A DNA stretch of 64,000 bases from the human T2T-CHM13v2.0 reference genome, Homo sapiens: the NCBI RefSeq assembly GCF_009914755.1, contig NC_060928.1. The stretch is one strand, 5' to 3'. This document shows positions 43,341-64,000 of this stretch, one piece after another. The number at the start of each line of letters is the position of its first letter. Within the stretch, counting starts at the first letter, position 1. Both the position numbers and the translations under genes were made by a program. Under the pieces are notes generated by a model, which saw only the letters and a program-made list of their open reading frames with translations, was not told where the DNA came from and made no database searches.

Positions 43341-44675
43341 AAAATATACACACACAAAAAAACCCCACTGGTTAGTATTTTAAAATATTAGCCCACAGTG
43401 TTTGCAAATTGGTGTGGTTTGCTTAAAATGACCTCCCCCTAGTGGTGCTGAGACAGAAAAACTAGAAGAGTAGTGAACTGGCTGTGTAGCCAGGGAAAAG
43501 ACAGCAAGGTGCTACTAGAAACAAATTGTCTCAAATCAGATTGCAGTCTGTAAACCCAAGTAAGGACTCAAGTAGTCAGGCAGGAGGGTGGTTAAGAATG
43601 ACACTTTGGGAAAACCAGACAGTGTCTGAGCAAAGTAAATGAGTAGGTGATCCCTACAACACCATGGGAGTGACTCAGAAAAAAAGGAAACCAAATTCTA
43701 TAATTATGTATCCCTTAGATAGGAAGATCTCCCACAGACCAGGAAAAGAAGTCACATGAAAAGGGCCATAAAATGCAGGCTAATCCTCCAAATGAAATGT
43801 TTGCAGATTTGACCAGTAGGAATCTAATCTAAGATTTAAGAAGCCACATTCAGAAATCTCAACAGTGCTAAGAAACAAGTTGAACTTTTAATTGTTAATT
43901 TAATTAAAACTTTAAATTTGTAAAACTAAAATTGATAACTACATACCCAGTATGAAGTCAGTATATAATAGATTTTAGATCAACAAATAGTACAAATAAT
44001 TGCAACAATTATTCACTTCAGAGTCAAATTAAAAATAAAATTTGAATTCAACTTATTTTAAACTTAAAATCACAAGAGGATGTTATGTATAAGAACATCT
44101 CAAAAAGTCATGTACTTATATCCCTTCTGGAATCTACTAAACATTTTCTAAGAGTCCACTATTCATATCTTATCAAAGTGTCTATATATTAAAGCATCTA
44201 CTATTTTATTTAAGTGTTCCTGTGTAACTGAGAATAGAATCATTTGAGAAGTCAAAGAAAGTTAGCACATAGAAAATCACTTTCTTTACAAATATTTACA
44301 ACATCTCCTCACTGCCTTTCTAGGTAGATACCTACCACTGGTTTTGGTAGACTCATTCATGCTGCAAATTGCATCCTTAATACTGTGAGTGCAACCTTAT
44401 ATATATATGTGTGTGTGTATGTGTGCGTGTACATGTATAAATATATACACGTATATATATATAGCTTATATATATATATTGCTAAGGACTTTTACTGTCA
44501 TCCTACATTCTAAACTTCTGATCTATATTTCATTCAGTACTTCTTTCCTCAGCAGTGTGTAATCTGTTGTTAAACCCATCTAACTCATCTATTTTTCTCT
44601 TAATTTTGTTTATTGGCCTTTTCACTTCTAGAATTTTTATTCGGCTCTTTTTGAAATCTGCTATACCATATTTTA

Positions 44676-45029
<354 letters not shown>

Positions 45030-46189
45030 TTAGTTTTTTTTAAAACAAACTATGATTCTAATTATCTTGATTCCATATGGGTCTTTTTCTATTGTCTGTT
45101 TTTCTTTCCATTCTTCCTCACAGGATCTTTCTTCCTACTGAGTCAGGTTATCTTTGATAGCATGTTCAAAGTTGCTTCTAAAAAATTTTTGTAGAAACAA
45201 TGAGTGCCAGATAATATTTTTGTTTGTTTCTACTAGGAGCCAAGGTGAACAACAATCTGGATCATCTTAATCCAGTTTTGCAGTTTGAGATTTTTCTGGG
45301 CCACACAAACAACAGAAAGCTAGGCTGCGGTCCTTGTGAAGGCTAACTGACTTCTGTTTCACCCCTGGAGTTCCCTAGTCTATTGCAAGTCATAGTTTTT
45401 TAGGGCTCCCACCTTGGTGGGCTCTGAACTCTGACTTTAGACCCTCTAGCCCAGCTAGACTATCAAGTATACAGTTTAACCACTTCCAGATCAGCAACCA
45501 GCTCTAGGGAAAAAATGGTCCCAAATGCTGTGCTCTCCCTTCTAGACTTCCATACTCTCCCCGATCTTGACCTAGTAATTCCTCACTATCTTATTAACTC
45601 TGATAGTTTTCAGTTTTTTTAACAAATCATTCAGCTTTTTAATTGTCTTGAACACAGTTAATTCATCCAAATTACTCAATCTACCATTATTAAAACTAGA
45701 AGTCCATTCCTGATCATTGCTCCTAACCCCTTTCCACAGTATCTTTGGCAAGAATATCTATTACCAACCAATAGGTGTAGAGTGCACAAGAGAATTACTG
45801 GTCCTAATACCTGATGATTTCCTGAAACAAAGAATGTGGAGACTCAGTCCCTATTGTTCCCATTTGGGGTTTAGTCGCTAATTCTGATGAAGTAGGAACA
45901 ACTCCACATGGTGCCTCACACTACCCTATATCAAATAAGTGATTATTTTAAAATACAGTACATCTGGGATTCTCAAAAATTAACATTAACAGTCCTCTCC
46001 TTCCTGAAGAAAACATTAACAAGAACTCTGAACTCTATACAGAAGGCATATGAGTGTGTTTGTGTATATGCATAGTGGACTCCAGAATATTACTCTAGTC
46101 ATCTTTTTGCTTACTTTGAATATGTAAAAATATTTTCATTTAAAAAGTAAAACAAATTATTATACCAGTGTAAAATATGCACTATTTTT

Positions 46190-46485
46190 AAAAATTAATT
46201 TACTTATTTTAGTTGACAAAAATTATATATATTTATCATGAACAACATAATGTTTTGAAATATGTATATATTGTGAAATGGGTAAATTGAGGTCATTAAC
46301 ATATGTACTACCACACATACTTTTCTGTGATGAGTACACATAAAATCTACTCTTTTTAGCAATTTTTGAGAAAATTGACTATAATCACCATGTTGTATAA
46401 TGGATCTCTTGAACTTATTCCTTCTCTCTAACTGAAATTTTGTATCCTTTGACCAACATTTACCCAACTTTCCCCCTTGGCCCAT
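46190..46485 (-). mobile_element. L1MA-type 3' end
   Basis: tggatctcttgaacttattccttctctctaactgaaattttgtatcctttgaccaacat. Confidence 0.75.
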
Positions 46486-46591
46486 GGTATTTTTTGAAGC
46501 TGGTATAGCATATCAAATAATGAGACTTATGGTCACCAACTGATTACTATGACTTTGTTTTTTAAAATAGAAGCAGATAGAAATTTTTCTA

Positions 46592-46945
<354 letters not shown>

Positions 46946-47225
46946 TCACTCAAATCCTACCATTCATGTGTTACTACCATTAACATTTTGATGAATATTT
47001 TCCATTAACTGTTTTCTATGCATATTATATGTATATTTTCACAAAGTTGGGTTTATACTACAGTAGTATATACTGCTATATGTACTACTATCTACATATC
47101 CTACCTTTCACATATTTTCTTATGTCATTATTCTGCTTAAACATAATTTTAATGACTAAATTGCATCCTCTTTATTGATGAACCATTATTATGCACCAAT
47201 TCCCCAACATTCTTAAAGAAATTTT

Positions 47226-55370
<8,145 letters not shown>

Positions 55371-56623
55371 TTAAAAAGATAGTTGACAAATATTACATGA
55401 TAGTAATAAACCATAATGTATCTGAAAAAAAAAGAAATTTTGAATCAAAAAAAAATTTGTCTCTGTTGATCCAACTATATAAAAAATTAAGTTGGAATTT
55501 CCTATCATTGTGAATTGTTTACTCTTTATCCCTTCCTGAAAACTGGAATCAGTGAGATAATTTTTTTTTTCTGTTTATCCCTCTCTGTTGCTGCAACATG
55601 ATATTTCCTAAGGATAACAGAGGGGGCATTTGGTAAGAGAACAAAAAGAAGGGAAGGGAGAGTTTTTAGGAATAATATCAAATGGAAGACAAGCTAAGAG
55701 GTGGTCTGTCTTAGCAATGTGAAAGATCTTACCACCTCATAGGCACTCCATCCATGGAATGAGACCGCTCCATCAGCCCTATCCAATGAGGAATCAGATA
55801 GAAATGACTACTTGCTTTGGAAGCCTGGGACAAATAAAGTGTGGGGCCTAAACTAAAATAATCTAGCAGCCATGGAAAATGCTTAAATCCAAAGGGAAGG
55901 TTTTTTTGTTCCCCTCTGCTGTATAGAGTAATATATAAACTTAAACTGTTATTTCTATGAGAGATGGAAGAACTCTTATCTGTGAGTAGCCAGTGAGGAT
56001 GACTAATTGCACCCATGCCCCTGAGGGATCTATATGAGTTGCAAGATATGACTCTGACCAGGACTGTGTTGTACATTCTTGTGGGCACTATTTGTGTGAT
56101 TGATCAGCTAATGTAAGATTGCTTAATTATGTCCTATTTCTCCCCAAACTCTAACACTCAGAAGGATGTAGTTGTGGGGTAACAGAAAAGGAAAATTCCT
56201 GTACAATAAGCACCAACATGCATATATAACACTGCTAAAAATCAGACGTTGTGTCAGCAAGTTTCTTCTAGTTAATTACCAATCATTCACCCACCTCCAC
56301 GTTCTGTCTGCCCTACACACTGTAATCGTAATCTGGTTTGCTTTTCAAAGAAATGTCTCACCAGACTAATTGAAGCTAGTTACACCAATGCAATCTTAAG
56401 AAACATGCTTAGGGAAGCTTTTACACCATGCCAAACAAGTGACTACTACATGACTGCCGAAAGTCATAAGCTTACATTCTCAGATCTGATCAAATCTGTC
56501 TTTAAACCATTACAATCGTAAGCACATTAAAATTTTGACAAATTATTCTAGATGCTTTAAAGAAGTCAAATAGTGGGCATACTGCAGAGTTGACATTACA
56601 CACATGACATATTTGAAAATGCA

Positions 56624-57022
<399 letters not shown>

Positions 57023-57578
57023 TCATAACCATCGTGACCCTTTATGCTTCCCTCTTCTCCTGCCCATCATATTCAATCAGGTGCCAATCCTCTCCTTGTC
57101 TGCTTCAACACCCTGGTGACATTGCAAAGAACATTAAGTAAGAGCATTTACTTGGAAAACAAACTTGACAAACTCTCTAGCATGTCATAAAAATTAAATA
57201 AAGATTGACTATAATTATTATTTATTGCACTGTAAGTTTTCTGGCCTGTAAGAAGAGCAAGAGAATTTTACATTCCACTTTCACTTTCAGAAAGTGTTGG
57301 AAAGTTTCAGGGAGGAAGGAAAGAGTACTGGTCAATAACCTGCTCTGTGTCCTTAGACAACTTAACATCTCAAAGCCTACATTTTGAAATCTGTAAAACA
57401 GTGATGCTAACTAATAATAATCACCCTATCTCAGTGCTGTGGAGGATAAAATGAGAAATGAATTCAAAGCTGTTCTGCAAAATTTGAGCAATATATACTT
57501 ATAATTTCAATTCTCTTTTTAAAATACAAAGTGAAAATAAACAGGTTGGACTACGTGATAGGTTTAAGATAAAATTCT

Positions 57579-57652
57579 AGCCGGGCGCAGTATCGTGCCA
57601 TTGCACTCCAGACTGGGTGACAGAGCAAGACTCCGTCTCAAAAAAAAAAAAA
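57579..57652 (+). mobile_element. Internally deleted mini-Alu
   Basis: Alu 5' end gccgggcgcagt fused to the last ~50 nt plus poly-A. Confidence 0.75.
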
Positions 57653-60069
57653 GATTCTGCAGAAAATATAATCTTCACCTCACAGGAACAATGCTTTATG
57701 GACCTTGTGACAGTTAAGGTGTCACAGCAGATAGCCAAGGCTGCTTCTGCTTTCTGTAATGAAATTATCATTCTTTACAAAAGAAAATCTGAATTACATT
57801 TATATTTTTTATTTCTTCTTTTTCATGAAGATGGTTAGGGTTGCAGTCATATGCTATGAACTGAATCAGGATGAAAAGGCATAGTTAAACTTTTCATTTT
57901 GTAGCATAAACAGTTTTTTATGTTTTAACCTTTTATGTGGGAATAATTTTAAACTTACAAAAGCATTAGAAAGATAGCACAGTGAGTTTCCATACACTTC
58001 AAACAGCACTTGGAATAATGCAGTAAATACAAAAATCCCATTCCTTGAGGAGCTTACATTCTGTATATGATGTATCTAAAAATAAAAATAGATATACAGC
58101 CAAATGTGAGCAAAAGTTAGTTCTGGGCAATTTTTATTTTCTCCTTTAAACTTTCTGGTATTTCCACATTTCAAAATCAAATAAAAATAGACACTTTCCT
58201 CTAATGTATTATTCACATGGTGTCAAGATTAGTTAGCACTATAAAATTAACCTTATACTGGAAGACTTAAATTAAGCCGTCTTGACAATTTCAAATTCAT
58301 CTGTTTCCTTTTCTGACAGTTGAATTTCTGTAGCTAGAAACTGTCTCCTTTCCCTAAGGTCCCTAATTGTAAGGTGGACCTTGAATGCCCTCTGCTGGCC
58401 AGACAACATCAGCAGAAAAAGACAGTGAAAAGAAACCAAGAAAAATCACAGCGCAGTCACCATTCTCTTTACACATGTATTTGTCCCTCATTCTTTCATT
58501 CAAAAGACACTCACTGTGTGCCTATTATGTGCTAGACACTATAGCTGGAAATACAAAAGATATAAGATGTAATCTCTGTCCTTGAAATCACCCTATACTT
58601 TTTTCCAGGAAATTACCAAGTCTCAGAAAATTTCTTGGGCCTGGGACTCAAGAAAAAGCACCAACTCTTGCAAGAAAGGATGATTGGTATGTATTTATGC
58701 TGGGCTATGAAAATAACTTCTTTCTCCATGAAAATCAGGAAAATAACATCTATCTATGAAAGGATACAATATCCTTTGGAAGATACTGAACATTTAAACT
58801 TCAAATTTCCATAATACACTACAGTCAGTATACAGTAAGAGACCTGACATTAAAGGAGAAAAAAGACCCAAGAACTTGAGTACAAATGTGGTCAGTTGTC
58901 CTCAGAAAAGTCAGGTACATTCTTGGTTCTTTCCTAACTTAGACACGATTTAAATATTCACATCATTGCAAACTACAAAATTTCAGAAAACAAAATTCTA
59001 GCAGACATTTCATTTCTACCCCCATTATTACACAACTAGTAGTTATCTGCTTGATGTGGTGAGCAAACATGATATTCCAGGAATGACATCCCTAAAATAA
59101 ACATTGTCTACAATTGATACTTTAACCAGAAATGTATGGCAGACAGCTGGGATTTGAGAGCCGCTTAAACATCTACTAGTGGGTCAGTACAACTTGCAAG
59201 CTCATTGTTTTTTGTTTTGTAAGTTTTTTTCTTTTGCTTTGCAGTGAATGCAGCAGGACTCACTGTTTTTGTATCCAAGGAGTTTGATCCTTTTGAGCTG
59301 TGGTAGTATAAAAATTGCAGAAACATGAGAAACTACAAAGGTGTGAATTTTACAATAAGACATTAGAACTTTCCAACCAAAGATTGAAAGAACTTTCAAA
59401 TCTTTCCAACGTAGATTTGAACAAAATCTACGTTGTCATTTGTCTCCACCAGTTGGCTCCACCCAAAAAAAGACCACATCACTCTTTGCAAATCCACTAT
59501 AATGAATTAGTTTAACAGTGTATCTTCACTTAGCCCAAGCTTTTTTCATTGTTGCATAGTAATAGGACCTCATAATAAAGATCGGACACCCCTGGGAGGA
59601 ATTTTGGCAACTTTTATGAGCATGTTTGTCAGTGCCAATGATTTGAGGTGCTATTCATGTGTGCTACTAGATGTCTCATAACGCATAGGGAAGAGCCAGA
59701 CTAGGAATATTTGGTTCATACTCGGCATGACTTTCAAATGCCCCAACAGATTTTCATGCAGGTAAATAAAACAATTTGTTTATCTGAGCCTATAACTAAT
59801 TCTTATTTATCTATAACACAATATATTTTTTGCCCAATGTTAACACAAGCAAAATATTTTAAGCTCATCTCCTCATCTTAATCATGGGAAGATTGTACTT
59901 TGTTTTTGTTCAAACTTTTCCAAGAGTTCTCTACATTGTGGAAATGTCCCTACAGGCAGCACCACTCATGGCATTTGAGCCAATAGCATATACTTATATC
60001 ACTGGCATTTGTAGCTGATGCAAATACTTCTCAGTAAAAAATTGAGACACCATTAATAGTAATTGATAG

Positions 60070-60298
<229 letters not shown>

Positions 60299-60492
60299 TG
60301 TAATTGATAGACGTGAAATGTAATGATCTCATCGCATTTTATTAATGTCTATTATTTTAATTTTGTGGCATAATGATAAGAAATCTTGAAATTGCCTCTT
60401 GTTCTTCAGTCTTTTCCTATCTTTTCAATCTTCCACTCCCAGAGATCTGCCACGAAACTTCTCTGTTGTCCCCTGTACTGCTATTTCTTTTT

Positions 60493-60799
60493 TCTTTCTT
60501 TCTTTTTTTTTTTTTTTTTTGAGAGGGAGTCTTGCTCTGTCGCCCAGGCTGGAGTGCAGTGGCATGATCTCGGCTCACTGCAACTTCCGCCTCCCAGGTT
60601 CAAGCAATTCTCTGCCTCAGCCTCCTGAGTAGCTGGGATTACAAGCGCCCACCACCACGCCCAGCTAATTTTCGTGTTTTTAGTAGAGACAGGGTTTCAC
60701 CATCTTGGTCAGGCTGGTCTTGAACTCCTGACCTCATGATCCACCCGCCTCGGCCTCCCAAAGTGCTGGGATTACAGGCATGAGCCACCGCGCCCAGCC
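60493..60799 (-). mobile_element. AluS
   Basis: Poly-T plus Alu reverse complement; TSD ctatttcttttt. Confidence 0.92.
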
Positions 60800-62867
60800 C
60801 TATTTCTTTTTTCAACAGCTAAGCTAAGTGGTATTTTGAGATACTCAAGACAGAATGTATACCTCCTCATGTGGTTTCAAGATAGGATTTGTTTTTTGAA
60901 ATATTCTGTCTTGTCTTCATCCTATGCAACACACAGAATTATTTTAACACACACTCATAAATAAGGTCCAGGTCATTTGCAAGAATATTATACTTCCTCA
61001 TTTTCTCACTTCAACAATCTGTAATTTGTCTTGACATGTTATCCCCTCTGCAGTTAAGGTTATTTATCTCCTTCTCATATCATATACAGACAGGTCTAGA
61101 CTGTCATTACTTATCCTAGCAATAGTTTTGGTTCAAGTATCCTCTGTACCTCTGCTCTTTCATTTTCTTCTACTTTGTATTCAGCATGGCTTTTAATTTA
61201 GCTTCTGCTAAGTTCTGCCTTGGTCATTACAAGTAGGTGCAAACATCTGACTATTTCATTTTGGCTACTTCTGTAGTCATGTTCAAGCGTTATATATTAA
61301 AATGTACATTCTATTACACTTTTCTTTCTCCTTTAAGTTATAATAAGAACATATTTTTATTCAATGTAATGTATTGTTTAAATTATATGGGCAAATGGGT
61401 CTTGCCATGAATTTAACTTCAGAAAAGGAAATACTTGGTATTTAAAAAGTGGCTTCAGGTCTGAAGAGAACAAAAAGTGTATATTATTTTACTGCCCCCC
61501 ACCCTCGGACACTGTCTCCCTCCTCTCTGACCTGTAGTTCTATCTCCTCTTCAAGGTTCATTCAAGGTCATTTGCAATTAGGCTTTGCAACTGTTCCTGC
61601 CTCTAAAGATCTCTTCTGTAAAATCCTATGGCTCTATTTACTATAAATAATTAGCACTTAGCCTTGAACTACCACTGTGGATTTGGGTTGTGTTTATGTG
61701 TGTGCATAATTGTCTTCTCGACTAGAGTGTAAACTTCTAGGAGGCAAAATTATTTGCCATGATCTTATACCCCCTACCACTATACTCTGCACAAAGTTAG
61801 AACTTAATGAGTTCTGGTTGAGTAAATAAACTGACTTTTAAACTTTATATAGTAGTATAGTTCTTGACACATCTCTACTATAACACTTGTCAGGCCAAAC
61901 CTTAACTTGTTCTTTATATGTCTGATTCTCTCACAAACTGTAAGTTCCTTGAGGAAAGAGGCCATGACTATTCACCTTTGTAATCTCAGCATCTGAGCAG
62001 ACTGACTAACAAAAATCCAGTATGTGTTTATAAATGACTGAAAGAATTTATTAATTAAATTTGTGCATTCCAATGTAACTATCAATTACATGGCAACAAC
62101 CTAATAGGAATGAATGCAATTATATGAGTTTCAACATGAGAAATCCCAGAACGGAGGTTCCCAGAATTGTATCTTCAGATTTGCATTATCATTTTGTTCT
62201 GACCTCATGTCTAATTTTCAATCCTCTTCTCTGCAAAAATTTTCTCTACAAGGAAATCATTTGAAAGAGTTCTGAGAAAATAGAGATAAGCTCATCCTGA
62301 GGTTAGACAGATTTTTATCCTTCTTTGAAATGGGAGAAATTATTTTCAAGGACTAAATTGCATACAGTTGAAAATAATCTTAAACATCTAAAATAATGTA
62401 TTCTAGTCTATTTTACCACATACGCATTACCACAGAATCAGCATGTGCTATATTTTAAATGACATCTAATGTATTATTTCATCTTTTTTTAAGTGAAAGC
62501 AAACTTATTAACAAAGTAAAGGAATAAAAGAATAGCTACTGCATAGGCAAAGCAGCCCATTCCATCTTAATAATAAAAGAATTCACATCCATTGTAGAAA
62601 TGCTAAAAAGAAATGTAGTCAACATTTATCATCCATAATTCTAACAAAGATGAATACTGTTTTATATATTTCTTTCCAGTCTCTTCTCTATGCATCTGTA
62701 TATCTATGATTTTACGGAATTAGAGTCACATAACATAACCAGTTGTTTTCTCTAATGTTTACATTATATCATTGGTTAAAACAAAATTCTATTACATAGG
62801 TTCTCAAATGTTCTTGTCTCAGGATGCTTTTACGCTCTTAAAAATGATCAAGGACCCCAAGGGCTTT

Positions 62868-63526
62868 TGCTGTGATTCACTCAGGATGGTGGCAGAAATA
62901 TTAAAAGGAAATATTAAGGGAAATTATAAAGAATAGTCACAAACCTTTTAGAAGGCCGAAAGGTTATGTAGCTCATAATAATTGAACAGGCTGAAGGCAG
63001 CTGGTTCTTACCTTAGAGCATTAGGTCATAAGGTACATATTAAAGACAATAGAGGCTTCCCCAGTTAAGTCTGTTTTCCCTACCTCCATTAACTAGCCTT
63101 TGAGCCAGATGGCCCCAGGTAGGGGGTGGGTCAGAGATTGACCAAAGATATTGTCCCCTAATAGTATTTACTTTAGACTCAGGCCGGGCGCGACGGCTCA
63201 CGCCTGTAATCCCAGCACTTTGGGGGCCAATACCTGAGCTTTAATCATTCCTAGAACTACTCTCTTAACCATGTTAATTATCCACAAGTGTGTTTACTCA
63301 AAGCTTCTGCTGTTAATTGTATACTAAATAAATTCCTGAAGTGCGAGCTGCTCAAGGTCGGCTGCAGTGACAAACCTCTCTTGGTGTGCAGCCAGTCGGA
63401 CGCTCAGCAGGACTGGCAAAGCAGAATATCTGTGTGTCAGTGTTCGTTTTATTCATCCATCATTTAGGTCAAAGTCTGCGGGCAGACCCCCACAGCTCAT
63501 GCCCTCATGTGAAGAGCAATACCTCA
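62868..63526 (+). mobile_element. LTR22-family (HERV-K HML-5) solo LTR inside a Charlie-type element
   Basis: TG...CA ends, 6-bp TSD ggcttt, AATAAA near 63327, gtctgcgggcagacccccaca U5 motif. Confidence 0.75.
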
Positions 63527-63564
63527 GGCTTTGTGGATTAAAGCAATTTTTTTAAATTTTTTAT

Positions 63565-63850
63565 TTTTTATTTTTTTTGAGACAGTCTCACTCTGTTGCC
63601 CAGGCTGGCGTGTCTCGGCTCACTGCAATCTCCGCCGCCTCCTGGGTTCAAGCAATTCTCCTGCCTCAGCCGCCTGAGTAGCTGGGACTACAGGCACGCA
63701 CCACTATGCCCGGCTAATGTTTGTATTTTTAGTAGAGATGGGGTTTCACCATGTTGGCCAGGCTGGTCTTGAACTCCTGACCTCAGGTGATCCGCCTGCC
63801 TCGGCCTCCCAAAGTGCTGGGATTACAGTCGTGAGCCACAGCACCTGGCC
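63565..63850 (-). mobile_element. AluS
   Basis: Poly-T plus Alu reverse complement with a small deletion. Confidence 0.9.
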
Positions 63851-64000
63851 AAATTTTTTAACATTTTAATTAACTTCTTAATAATAACAATAAACCAAAT
63901 ACATGATAACATAAACTACATGAAAAATTACATATTTTCAAAACAAAAGCAAAATTACAAAAAAACAAAAATTTGGTAAGAATTGTGGCACTGTTTTTAC

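Noticed and set aside
55500-56600. Repeat-poor stretch as a possible enhancer or exon
   Set aside because: No recognisable exon or motif cluster; cannot be supported without conservation or chromatin data.

Overview
Primate (human-like) genomic DNA, AT-rich and dense in repeats. It contains the complete + strand AMTN (amelotin) gene of the SCPP cluster: 9 exons over about 17550-31705, with a 630-nt CDS reconstructed from canonical GT-AG sites, giving 209 aa. About half of the window is transposon-derived: about 25 Alus, a fragmented full-length HSMAR2 mariner, a near full-length L1PA7-like element carrying a deleted HERV-K(HML-6)-like provirus, LTRs and MER elements. The most notable unexplained structure is about 10000-12810, upstream of AMTN. 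It reads as the decayed large exon of a secretory or mucin-like gene, with a degenerate ~90-bp coding-type repeat, a Thr/Ser/Pro-rich tract, a 60-bp repeat and a MUC7-like start, and it is split by three later transposon insertions. Repeat subfamily names come from recalled consensus sequences, and repeat boundaries are approximate unless a TSD is given.
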